From Squalus acanthias (lineage: Eukaryota): a stretch of 64,000 bases of DNA. Position 1 is the first letter of the stretch. Every line of letters begins with the position of its first letter. This document shows, piece by piece, positions 26,581-38,294 of this stretch. Location: contig CM059431.1 in NCBI GenBank assembly GCA_030390025.1, positions 124,312,001 to 124,376,000 on the forward strand. The letters are read 5' to 3'. The translations under genes were made by a program, and so were the position numbers. Below the pieces are notes generated by a model that was given only the letters and a program-made list of their open reading frames with translations, was not told the origin of the DNA and searched no databases.

Positions 26581-27652
26581 TCCCTTGTGCCATTACATAT
26601 TTGCTCTGCCTTCCAGGCTGACTTCTTTTTTCCTCTATATTTGGCTGTGCATCACCCCCTACTATAGCTCCACTCCGTATCCCATCCTCCTGCCAAGTTA
26701 GTTTAATCACCCCCCCCCCAACAGTACTAGCAAACCTCCCCGCAAGGATGTTGGTCCCGTTCTGGTTCAGGTGCAACCTGTCTGACTTGTATAGGTCCCA
26801 ACTTCCCCAGAAGCAGACCCAGTGATCCAGGAAACTAAAGCCCTCCCTCCTGCACCAACTCTTTAGCCACGCATTCATCTGCTCTATCCTTCTATTCCTA
26901 TACTCACTGGCACATGGCACCGGGAGTAATCCAGAGATTACAAACTTTGAGGTCCTGCTTTTTAATCTGCTACCTAGCTCCCTAAATTCTTGTTGCAGGA
27001 CCTCATCCCTCTTTCTACCTATGTCGTTGGTACCAATGTGAACCATGACCTCTGCCTGTCCACCCTCCCCCTTCAGAATGCCCTGCAGCCGTTCAGTGAC
27101 ATCCTTGACCCTGGCAGCAGGGAGGCAACATACCATCCTGGAGTCACGTCTGCAGCCACAGAAACGTCTATCTGTTCCCCTTACGATAGAATCCCCTATC
27201 ACTGTTGCTCTCCCACTCTTTTTCCTCCCCTCCTGTGCAGCTGAGCCACTCATAGTGCCACGGACTTGGCTCTTGCTGCATTCCCCTGAGAAACCATCTT
27301 CCCCAGCAGTATCTAAAACGGAAAATCTGTTTTAGAGGGAGATGGACCCAGGGGACTCCTGCACTACCTTCCTAGTTCTTTTACTCTGTCTGGAGGTCAC
27401 CCATTTCCTGTCTGCCTGTGCACTCTTTACCTGCGGTGTGACCACCTCGTTAAACGTGCTATCCACGAAGATCTCAGCTTCACGGATGCTCCATAGTGAC
27501 TCCAGCCGCAGCTCCAGCTCCGAAACGCGGATTTCGAGTAGCTGCAGCTGGAGACACTTCCTGCACATTTGTTCGCCCTGGACACCGAAAGTGTCCCTGA
27601 CTTCCCACATAGCACAGGAGGAGCACTCCATGCTGCCAAACTCCCCTACCAT
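26495..27652 (-). pseudogene. CR1 ORF1 (Cys motif + leucine zipper + SGNH esterase), frameshifted
   Basis: CSSC..CRKC, LEIRVSELELRLESL, VIGDSIVRG, HIGTNDI, DRLHLN. Confidence 0.9.
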
Positions 27653-30600
27653 GTCGTACCCTTAATTTACTCCCTTTACTTCCTTTAAATTAAAGAATAT
27701 TATATACACTAGGGACCTTACTTCCCTTTAAACACTACTTACTCTAAACTAGAGACATTACTTTTACTTCAACGACTGGACTGTAGAAATACTCACCAGG
27801 TCCTACTTACCAATCAGCTCCTTCCCTGGTTGTGACGTCACTTTAGCGGTTTCGCTGTTGTTGTTGTTTGACTGCTCCCACTCACGGACTCTTTCCCAAC
27901 TCGCAGCACTCCGGTAGACATCGCTTCCACGGAGGTAGCCAACCTTTCCGAGGAGATGCGCTCATGCGCCAATGACTCCACAAATGCTCTGCTCATATTT
28001 GAGTTGGCCCTCCATCCTCTCCACACACGCAATGACCCTGGAGACAAAACCTGACAAAGACTCCTGCACCTGTTCCTGGAGGTCCAGCACTGCTCTCCTT
28101 CTGGATGGACCCAGAGGCACAGGGTACACATGCAGCTGAGCAGAGCTAGGAGAGTCCTGCGACCTCCGACGAGGACTCTCCACTGCTGTTCCTGTCTCTA
28201 CTACCAGCTGATGCTCACTTGTGAGCTGTGACACCCCAGGTGACAACACTACTCTATGTCCCGAAGGTCCCAGCCGAGGTGTGCGTATCTGCGCTGGTGC
28301 TGGGTACGCTTACATCTGCTGACGCTGAGCCCTCAGAGGTTGCAGGTTCCTCTGAGGAGTCTTCCACCTCAGGCTCTTCCTCCTTGACAGTGGGGAGGGT
28401 GTCTGTCGATGGTCCTGTGGGGGAGTAAAGGAATGAGTTAGAGATGTTACGGTAGTGTGGCATGCACATGCAATAGCGCAGATGATCATTTGCCTTTCTA
28501 TAAATGTATATTCGCAGCCATTCTAGTGACTCTTGCAATGTAAAAGAGAGAGATGCAGAACTATTCTGTCACCAGCTTGCTCTGCTTCGCCCATCTGTCC
28601 ATCCCCCACGTCCACCTCCACCTCAGCGCCAACGATTTCCAGGGCCACCTCTTCAGCATTGGTCAAATGGGCGAGGGAAGGTGGCCCTCCTCCAGCCTTC
28701 GCCCTTTCCCTTTTATTGTGGGCTCTCTTTTCCTGCAATGATGGAGACAAGTGAGTTTGAGTGAGAATGATGGAGTGAGTGTAGAGAGTCCAGAGCATAG
28801 ATGCTTAGAAGGAGACCAAGATGGAGTGATGTTCCTTTTCCACGGGCCCTCCATGTGTGTTGTTATTCATTGTCATTGCATAACATTGATAGGGAGTGTG
28901 AGGGCAGCATAGTCGAATAATGAAGTGATTGTGTCCATAGAGTGAGAGGGATGGTTAAGGGTGCAAGGGTTGTAATGGTAAAGTGGAGGAGGAGGTTGAC
29001 AATGCAGAGTGCTGGTGACGAGAGGAGAAGGGGAGCAGAAGGAGGGTCAAGCTGATGCTATACTCACTTTGGCTGATCTTACAAGGTCATTGAACCTCTT
29101 GAGGCACTGCAGCCATGTTCTGCTGCACACAGATCTGGAGGTTAAATCCCATGCCAGCTGCACCCACACAGCCTTGGTTTGTGTGGGAGGCTTCTTCCCC
29201 CCAGATGAGGGGAAGAGCACCTCCCTGCTAGCTCTTACCCCCTCAACCAAAATACTCAGAGACTCCTCTGTGAACCTCGGGGAGGCCTTGGGTCTGGAGT
29301 TGACCATCTCTTCTCAACGCAAAAGTGTGCAGCATTCACAAAACAGCAGTGAAATTAGCCAAGGAAGCCAGCAGCCCTTAAATGAAGCTGCATAAGTGAT
29401 GTCAGCAGAGGCGAGTTTCAGTCCAAAAAGAGTAATTGGCCATGGGGAACCCATACACCCGGAATTAATTGGGCAATTAGGGGAAAATCCAATTTTTTTC
29501 CCACCTCACAGTGGAGGCGGGTTCAGCACCCGCCCACCCCCAAACCCATTCCCAACCCGCCTCCAATGGGAAAATTGCCCCCAACGATTTGATTAAGAGA
29601 GAAAGAAAAAAGAGACAGACAGGAAAAGTACACTTTTTTAATTTTAAATTTTAAACATCTCTAACAACAATTTACTATCAGTAGGAATGAGACCCCACAA
29701 TTTAAGTTGTTCCTTTTCTGGGCTGGAGAGATTGATTGGCATTGCAGGAATATAAATCTCTTCATTAAAAATGTTCTTAGGCTGATAAGTACTAGCTCTA
29801 ACTTTCTGTGATGAGTTTAATTGGCAATTAATGTGGAAATGCAACAACTTCATGAAACTCACCGAGAGGTTAAGGGCCCCTTGCTATTTTTGCGAGGCTA
29901 ACGGCGGAGCGGCATGAATCATCCAGCATCTTGTGGCAATTCACAATTCACAGTATATCGCTTCTTCACCACAAGTTGCTAAAGTATTTACACATGAATA
30001 ACGGTGTGCGCATTGAACTCACCGCTATTTTGGCAGCAAATTCTGGGCATTGTGTTTTAATATTTATGTTGTTTAGGACATGTCAAAATGTGTGCAGAGA
30101 GGAGCCTATTCAGCAAAGCTGAGGCCTCTGGAGGTTCATTATATTTAGAATAATTGGACTACAATGTCTCCAGACAGAGGTTAGATTGGAGCCTCCAGTA
30201 GTCTATTATAGAGGGTTTATGGAGAGCCTCCCACAACTTCTCTCACCTGTCACTGATAATAATAGTGCTCAAATTATTCTCCCAGTTAGATTTATGGATT
30301 GCTATTTTTCATTTTGCACACTGTAGAATAAACTGGATGAATTTATTTTATCTCTAGTATCTCCAGTTGAAATTTCTAATCATGTTATTGCCCTTAAATA
30401 TTAAGAAAACGATTTTAGGAATATTAAACTTCTGCTGTAGATATTCCTAAGATATCATGAATTTTGTTTAACAGGTCAAATATTTGTCTGAGTCATAATT
30501 CATTGTGGTACTTAAAAAAAAATAGTCTATTGAAACAGTTATCTTTAGCCTTTTCATTGGCTTACCAGTTCTGGTTATGCAGATGTGCCCGAATTGTAAC

Positions 30601-30889
30601 TTAGCTCTAGATTCAGTTACATTGACCCTAATATTGGAGCGGAACTGGGAATGGAGTAGGGAGGTGGGGCAAATGCGCAACATCACAGGACGTGCAGGAA
30701 TGTCTGAATTCAACAGGGGTGCCTCATTATCATTTTACTTCTGGGTTTCGCGTCTCTATTGCACGGGAGCGGGCGTGACACAGACCCACATGCTGCGATT
30801 TCACCTTGACTATTTAAAGGCCCAGTTCAGTGATGCAAGGGAGGAAGATATTTGGAGATTAGATGAGTTGTGTTTGCTCCATAAAGTGA

Positions 30890-32720
30890 GTGACAAGTTT
30901 GCAAAGAGCAAAGGCTGTGCCCAGGATCAGCAAGTCATCGCTGGATGTTCTGCTGGGTGCAGTAAGGGTTAGCAGGGAGGTCCTGTTTTTTACCAATGGC
31001 AAAAAAAAACTACTGCCACCAGCAAAGATGGCATGGCTGCAGGTAGCACAGGAGGTCAGTTGCAAGAACATCACCATGAGGACCTGGATCCAGTACAGCA
31101 AACAATTCAATGACCTGACCAGGTCAGGAAAAGTGAGCAAAGTTACAGATGTAGTACACCCCTCTCACTCTGTCTTGTGAAGCATACTCCATTCACAGCA
31201 CTCCTCACACCCACTTCATTTTCAACAGCACCCATTGTTTTGCTTCCATGCACATCCTTTCATCCTCACTCCCCTTACATCCTCACAACCCCCTTCCTCC
31301 AGTCACCACTGCCACTCACTCCAATCCTCATGTAATCTGATACAACCTCAGTTAGCTGCCTTGATTCTCAGCACAAGTCCTCAAATGGCTCTGTTAACAC
31401 GTTCCTCAAATGCGTCCTAGCCCCACTTGTGATCCATTTGCTTGATTGTCACCCTCACCGATGCACACATGCCTCCGACACACTCATAATTCTGTCGTGC
31501 CTCCCTTGCAGGAGAAGAGAGCACAGAATGTAAGGGAGATGGCAAGGACCAGATACAGACCTCACAGATTGTGGAGCTTTACCTGGCAAGGAGGAGGCTT
31601 GGAGATTAGTGGCATATATGGCTCCCTCAGCATCGGAGATGGCAAGACTGGTAGCGCTTTGGAGCAGAGTGACAGCATTAATCTCTCAGACCCACATCTC
31701 CTACAAGGCAAAATCATCTTGAGTTGATTTCAGCACTTTATCAAATATGATCACCTTAATCTTGTGCATTTCAACATTTGTACAGTCCCATGACTAAATC
31801 ATATCCATCTCAGCTCTCCTTCAAGGCCATCACACAAAGAAAATGATCACCTACACCAAGATAATGAGGTCTCCTCAGAGGAGCTCATTCCTGCTGAGGA
31901 TGCACCATCACAGGACACATGAGTGCCAGGCACCAGCGTAGATACAAGTACATTTGTCAGCCCCCTTAGAGGGTTTGGTGGGATGTCTCCAGGTGCACCT
32001 CGCTTCACAAGTGAGCCCGAGCAGAGAGTAGTGGTAGGGTAGGACAGCTGTGGAGAGTCTGTGTTAGAGGCTGCAGTCCTCTCCAAGCTCTGCCTAGCTA
32101 GACAGAAATGCTGATCCTAGGGTGGAGAGGCACCAATTAAAAGGATAGAGGCTCAGCAGCAACTGTGCAAGGTACCGGCAGTCCTACCAGGCACACTTTC
32201 CACAATGGCATGGTGGATGGAGGAGTCCAGCTCAAATATTTGTGTTGTGATATCGCAGGCCCTTCCAAAGATACAATCTTCTATTGAGAGACTGGCTTCT
32301 TCTATGGAGGTTGTATCAGGGTGCACTAATGAGTCCGTGCAGGCCCAGACAGCGGCCTTGCAAACTCTGAATGGCAACATGTCTACCACCTTACACAGGC
32401 TGGCGGACGAATTAGACACGGGCTTCCAAGGCGTCCCTGATCTCCTCCAAGCTGCTCTCCCGCAAAGAGGCAGAAGTGATGTGCCACTGGCCCAGGTGAG
32501 GGTGGATGGAGTTAAGGGAGATGGAAGTGCCCACTCTTCTCAAAGTATTTGCACGTCTCACCCATTGTCCCCTCCTCAACCAGTACCCAACATGCTGCCT
32601 CCTCTTCCACTGGCCCACAAGTGCAGTTGGAACAGTCATTGGTGGAGTCCTCACAGAGTCCAACACCCAGAGGTTGTCGGCTGCGAACACCTCAGAAGAC
32701 AGAACAAGGAACAGAGCAAG
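30890..32720 (+). pseudogene. Myb/SANT-like gene of Harbinger 2; exons ~30890-31132, 31512-31668, 31826-~32720
   Basis: PRISKSSLDVLLGAV..AWLQVAQEV..RTWIQYSKQFNDL; EKRAQN exon 2; same splice positions as elements 1 and 3. Confidence 0.82.
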
Positions 32721-33201
32721 GATTGCACCATGTTGATTTTTGATATTTGTTAATCCGATTAAGTTTTTAAATGTATTAATTGGCACCACTTTCCTGTGTT
32801 CCCCATTCTTGAATTGCGAGTTGTTAGAAATTAGGGGTACCTAGGTACTTAAAATATATATGGTGATGCGAATGAAATTGTGACGTGAATAATACTGTGT
32901 TTAAATGATTGCATTAGAGCTCGAGACAAGTAAGGGGTAAATGTATAAATTGTGTTTTACTTGAACTGCTTATGTTTCGGTTTCCTGGAAACTTTTATTA
33001 GAGCTTGAGACAAAGGTGTCTTCAGTTAGTTAGATTAGATGATGCATAACATTCCACACAGGGGCCCCACAGCATAGCCTTGCCTCCCAGGCTAGCTGTC
33101 TGTTGTTTGTAGGTTAGGATTTTGACTTTATTTAATGTATCTTTAATTTGGCCAATGAAGGCCCAACCTATGTTTCTTCCATTATTACTAATAACCATAT
33201 T

Positions 33202-33965
33202 GGGCCAGAAATTTGGTTTTCCAGCTTCCTGCGGGTGCAAGCATCGCGCGCGTACTTGCCCACCGCGCCTGCAGTTGTGCTTTGGGCCCACGAGTACTTC
33301 GGGTCCTGGGCCTCCTCCAGCTGCCGGTGCGCAGTGCTTGTGTATCCCACGGGCGCAGTTAGTTCGAAGCATCCCCTGGGATCACGTGGGCAATGGAGAG
33401 CCAATCCTAGCAGGGCATTTTCATTCATAGATTTGACAGGAAGACCTGTCAAATCTATGAATAGAGATTGACCCCAAAACCACACTTAAACTTCAAATAT
33501 TTTTTTTTTAAATCACATTTTTAAAATAAGTATAAGTTAAATAAATTAACTACTTTAAACAAAAATTTAAATTTTTGAAAAAATTAATTATACTTTTTAA
33601 CGGTGCTAAAAATAAACTTACCTTTCTTTAAAGTATCTAAAAAAGATAAACCTGTTGAAATTTTTTTTTAAATTGTAATTAATTAACCACTTACCTTGTT
33701 AAAAACAGGCCTTGCGCCTCCTTTTTTAAAGCGCAGCTTCTTCATACTTACCTTCCCGGAGAAACCTGAAAAAAAAAACGGAAGTTCGCTGCGTGCGCGC
33801 AGCCTCTCCCGCGCACGCGTTCGACTTCTGAACCCCTCCCTTCAGGGGAACGGAAGTTCCGGTTTCCCGCGCATGCGCAGTGCATGCAGGAAACCGGCAC
33901 TTCAGATGGCCTTACGGGTGAGTACACAGCGCGTACTCACCCGACAAGAGCCGAATTTCTGGCCC
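33202..33965. mobile_element. Harbinger-type MITE, hairpin family copy B
   Basis: TIRs GGGCCAGAAATT / AATTTCTGGCCC; colinear with 4757-5494. Confidence 0.85.
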
Positions 33966-34481
33966 TATATAATGCTAAGGTAGAAATTGGAGTTTGTTTA
34001 ACAAAACTGCTTGCGAAGATATGTAAATTTAAATTAGTATAAAGGACATAGAATAGAAGGAATTTATGGGAGTCAAGGTATCATCTCAGGATGAAATAGT
34101 CTGTTAGATTAAGGGGAGATAGTTTGGATAGTGGCTGGTTGAATAAGACAGCTCTAGCTTAGGCCTCTGATTAAATAGCCCAAAGCTGTGCCTGGTACAC
34201 GTACTGACTGCACCAGGAAGGACAGGACAGACGAGATAAGAGGAATTCAGGTGGATTGGCCTTCAAAATGTATAAACAAGACATGTGAGGGGAAAGCATA
34301 GGACCCCTTGGGGGAGGGTCTTCATCTGTAAGTTTAGACTCGACTTCCATTGGGCACCTTGTTTTAAGGGGAACATCCATAGGTTAAATGGTCCCGTCCA
34401 TATTCTACCCCAGGCCCACCCCTAAAAAGAGAATAAAAGCAAGAACTCAAGAGCCCGTAGCTCAGACAGTGGAACGGGGAG

Positions 34482-34654
34482 CTCCTGAGGGTGGATCCAT
34501 GCGGACTTTGGTCGAACACTCTTGGGCAGTTCAGAAAGGACTCCTGAGGGTGGATCCATGCGGACTTTGGTCGAACACTCTTGGGCAGTTCAGAAAGGAC
34601 TCCTGAGGGTGGGTTGAAGCTGACCTCAGTCTAACACTCTTGGGCAGTTCAGGA
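34482..34654. repeat. 59-bp tandem repeat, about 3 copies
   Basis: Units start at 34482, 34541 and 34600; first two identical, third has a different middle. Confidence 0.9.
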
Positions 34655-34868
34655 ACAGAGAGGAATAAGGAGAGTTGTTCGTGCATGCTAGCCGTCTGTC
34701 CGATTGGGTCCAGTACCAGCTATTTGTCACGGCTGTATGTTTTTGCTGTATAACCAGTGTGTTATATCCCGTCCTAAACTCCGATTAAATACAATATACC
34801 CACCATATTGGTTTGCACTCGATCCTGATAATCTAATCTCAGCAGGGTGCCAAATGTGCTTTTCATTT

Positions 34869-36442
34869 AAAATAACAACAGAAAACGCTGGAAAAACTCA
34901 GCAGGCCAGGCAGCATCCATGGAGAGAGAAACAGAGTTAACGTTTCAGGTCGAAGACCTTTCGTCAAAACTGGAAAAAAGCAGGAAATGGAATAGATTTT
35001 AAAGCAAGTTTACGGGCTGGGAAAAGGGGGAGGGGATGAAGAACAAAAGGGAAGGTCAGTGATAGGATAGAAAGCAGGAGAGATTAAGAGACATTGAGAG
35101 ACATTAAGAAATATTCAACGCAAGAGGAGGTGGTAATGGAACAGGTTAAGGAACAAAGGATGGCTCCAGATGAAGTGTGAATTGCGCTGGTAGAATGAAG
35201 GACAGCTGGGGGTGGTAGAGGAGTGGACTAGGGTGTCGCGGAGGGAGCGGTCCCTGCGGAATGCTGAAAGGGGAGGTGAGGGGAAGAAGTGTTTGGTGGT
35301 GGGATCACGTTGGAGGTGGCGGAAATGGCGGAGGATGATCCGTTGAATGTGGAGGCTGGGGGGGTGAAAGGTGAGGACAAGGGGAACTCTATTGTGGTTC
35401 CAGGAGGGATGGGCAGGGGTGAGGGCAGAAGTGCGGGAGATAGAACGGACACGGTCGAGGGCCGTGTCAACCACAGTAGAGGGGAATCCTCGGTTGAGGA
35501 AAAAGGAAGACATGTCGGAAGCACTGGTATGGAAGGTGGCATCATCAGAGCAGATGTGGCGGAGACCGAGAAATTGGGAGAATGGAATAGAGTCCTTACA
35601 AGAGGTGGAGTGGGAGGAAGTGTAGTCCAGGTAGCTGTGGGAGTCAGTGGGCTTGCAGTGAATGTTTGTCAATAACCTAACCCCAGAGATGGAGATGGAG
35701 AAGTCGAGGAAGGGAAGGGAAGAGTCGGAGATGGACCATGTGAAGGTGAGGGAGGGGGGAAATTAGAAGCAAAGTGAATGAAATTTTCTAGTTCAGGGCG
35801 AGAGCAGGAGACGGCACCGATACAGTCATCAATGTACTGAAAAAAGAGGTGAGGGAGGGGATCCGAGTAGGACTGGAACAAAGAGTGTTCCACATATCCC
35901 ACGAAAAGGCAGGCATAGCCATGCGGGTACCCATAGCAACACCTTTGATTTGGAGGAAATGAGTGGAGTCAAAGGAGAAGTTGTTCAATGTGAGAATAAG
36001 TTCAGCCAGGCGGAGGAGGGTGGTGGTGGATGGGGACTGGTTGGGCCTCTGTTCAAGGAAGAAGCGGAACGCCCTCAGGCCATCCTGGTGGGGGATAGAG
36101 GTGTAGAGGGATTGTACGTCCATAGTGAAAAGGAGGCAGTTGGGGCCGGGAAACTTGAAACTGTTAAAGTGGGGGAGGGCGTTGGAAGAGTCGCGGATGT
36201 AGGTGGGAAGAGACTGGACAAGGGGAGAAAAAATAGAGTCGAGATAGGAAGAGATAAGTTCTGTGGGGCAAGAATAGGCTGAAACGATGGGCTTACCAGG
36301 GCAGTCCTGTTTGTGGACCTTCGACCTGAAACGTTAACTCTGTTTCTCTCTCCACGGATGCTGCCTGGCCTGGTGAGTTTTTCCAGCATTTTCTGTTGTT
36401 ATTTCAGATTTCCAGCATCCGCAGTACTTTGCGATTGTATTA
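34869..36442 (-). mobile_element. Penelope-like retroelement with inverted pseudo-LTRs and RT fragment
   Basis: MDVQSLYTSIPH, QIKGVAMGTRM, QYIDDC, KPTDSHSYLDY..IPFSQF; 34869-34954 mirrored at 36319-36404; 13-bp TSD GTGCTTTTCATTT; GIY-YIG part missing. Confidence 0.92.
34935..34971 (-). ncRNA. Minimal type I hammerhead ribozyme motif (C3U core variant)
   Basis: AGUU-UUGACGA-A-AGGUC-UUC-GACCU-GAAA-CGU-U-AACU. Confidence 0.7.
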
Positions 36443-36539
36443 GTGCTTTTCATTTGTTTGGTGCTGAATGTGGAGAGATGAATTGACTGAGATCAATTGG
36501 TGGATGTGCAACCAGTGGATGGATGATTACAGGACTACT

Positions 36540-37320
36540 ACTGTGAGGGGGAGGGGTGGTGCTGGTATGTTATTGTGACATTGGACCAGTTTGAGTGACT
36601 AACTGAACTTTTGAATGATTCCAGGTCGGAACATGTCGGGGATGTTGGCCTGCCACAGCATGGAAGCATCATGACAACTCCCAGGGAATCTGAGCAGGCC
36701 TGAATGAACCTTTTCTTGTGGTCACACACTAGCTGCGCATTGATGGAATGAAATCCCTTGCAGTTAATGAATGCTCCTGGTTGGTCAGCGGCTGGTCGGA
36801 TTGCCACATGTGGGTAGTCGATGGCACCCAGCACTTGTGGGAAGCCAGATATGTGAATCCCAGCACACACTCATTCTGGCTATTGTCATCATATCACATC
36901 ACAGGGGAAGTTTATATACCTTCCAGCCCAGGGAAACAATCCATCCATCAACTGCCTTATACATTTCTGTGCAGCCTGGCGGCCTGGAAGAAAATTAAGG
37001 GCGGTGGTGACTGGTAATGTGTGGCCACTAGGTCCAGCAGGGAGCAGGCCTTCTTGTAGGAGGCTGCAGAGGTCTGCCACCACCTGACGTAACAATCTCA
37101 GCCTTCGGAAGCATTGCATCTCTGACAGGTCAAGGAAGCTGAGCCTCTGTCTGCAGACCCTGTTGGTGGGCAGGGCCTTCTGCGAGCTCGACCCCTCTGT
37201 TGCTCACTTCTCTGTTGGCAACCTGCAACTCCCTCCACAGCATGCCTCTGTTGATGTTGATCCTCATTCTGTTCCTCATCCTCAGTCCAATCGAGAGCAT
37301 CCAAGGCAACACCCATCATG
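36540..37320 (-). pseudogene. HARBI1-type transposase of Harbinger 2, C-terminally truncated
   Basis: LPVTTALNF, GFPQVLGAIDYPHVAI, NCKGFHSINAQLVCDH; frameshifts. Confidence 0.85.
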
Positions 37321-37550
37321 CGTTTCTCTGTGTGAACACCTCCATATTCTCCAAATAACTCTCTTACCAAACCGTGTCCTAGAGGGAACTGAGAAAGGAC
37401 CTGTGAGTACTGAACCTTTATTGACATTGGGCTTCCTGACCTTTAACCACCCCGATAAAATGCCGCGCAATCACACCTCTGTTTCCATGGCGATTTTCCA
37501 GACACCCGGGAAACACGTGCTGCACTGATTAATTTCAATTCGGACACCTT

Positions 37551-38294
37551 GGGCTGGATTTTCCAAGCCCCGAGGAGGCGGGCATGCAGGCGGGACAGCC
37601 GGTAAATTCAGAGAAAGTGGGGGCGGCTGGCAAAGCTGCCCCCATCCCACCTCCGTGCCCTTTTGCCAGGAGGCGGGAAGATGTGTAGCTTCGGGTCCCG
37701 TCTCCTGGAGGCGGGAAAGGCATTTAATCCTTTTAACTGCCTGTTAACAGGTAATTAACAGGCAGAAAAAAGGATTAGAGCCATTTTACCTTCACAGGTG
37801 AAGGCTTCCCGACCTCGGAGAACCCCGTCGGGGTGGAGGAGACGTGAAGGAGGTCGGCGACGGTCGGAGGCACCTGGAAGTAAGGTGTAGAGGTGAGTGA
37901 TGGCTGCAAGTGTGGAGTGGTAAGTATGCAAGGTGAGTGATAAGTTTTAAAAAGTGTTCACTTACCTTGTTTTCTTTCTACAGCCTTCAGCCGCGGTGGA
38001 TCGGGAGAGCCGACATCCTCCTTGTCAATTTCACAGACTGGCTGTTGGAACCGCCTTCACAGAGCTGTCAAATGCTGACATTTCTTCTTTCATGAAGTCT
38101 TGACAGATAGCACGTCTGACGTTGACGTGCTCTGTCAGTGACTTCCTCCCTAATTGCTGAGCCTGCAGGGCGGGCTTAACAACGTCAATCAGGGGAAAAT
38201 CCCTCTGGTTGGTCAGGCGAGGATGGAGGCGGGACATTGACATGACATGCAGCTGTCCCGCCTCCAACTCGCCTCCATTCACAAAAGCCAGCCC
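37551..38294. mobile_element. Harbinger-type MITE inside the Harbinger 2 terminus
   Basis: TIRs GGGCTGGATTTT / AAAAGCCAGCCC; flanks CTT/CTA. Confidence 0.7.

Larger units (their letters stand above)
22941..27912 (-). mobile_element. Full-length CR1 LINE
   Basis: 5' UTR, ORF1, ORF2 and 3' tail all present; TSD GGTA (22937-22940 / 27913-27916). Confidence 0.93.
22352..29307 (-). pseudogene. Myb/SANT-like DNA-binding protein gene of Harbinger 1; exons 29307-29068, 28732-28573, and 28414-27913 + 22936-22352
   Basis: PRFTEESLSILVEGV..W..RTWLQCLKRFNDL; GT-AG introns; removing the CR1 restores the frame (EAMSTSAVSMAASLQ); basic C-terminus PRRSTRKRKIKHN; indels in exon 3. Confidence 0.88.
20333..29582. 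mobile_element. PIF/Harbinger transposon 1 (decayed autonomous-type)
   Basis: TIRs GGGGGCGATTTTCCCA / TGGGAAAATTGCCCCC (15/16); convergent transposase and Myb/SANT-like genes; no clean TSD. Confidence 0.92.
20054..30048. mobile_element. Old MITE split by the Harbinger at 20333-29582 (arms ~20054-20332 and ~29583-30048)
   Basis: TIRs GCTCAAAGTTTGCTG / CAGCAAATTCTGGGC (12/15); purine-rich interior continues across the inner element. Confidence 0.6.
32822..34844 (+). mobile_element. Probable solo LTR (contains a MITE and a tandem repeat)
   Basis: TGTTAG...CTCAGCA ends; near-TSD GAGT/GGGT; TATA-like AATAAAAG ~34432; ATTAAA ~34784. Confidence 0.65.

Noticed and set aside
30247..30320. Minus-strand exon with good splice sites (TTCTACAG / CAG|GTGAGA)
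   Set aside because: Stops in all three frames; could only be non-coding or terminal, with no further support
33744..33760. U1 snRNA 5' end (ATACTTACC)
   Set aside because: Match does not extend; better read as a minus-strand splice-donor motif
34482..34654. CRISPR-like repeat-spacer array
   Set aside because: Only three units, two identical, no cas genes, vertebrate LTR context
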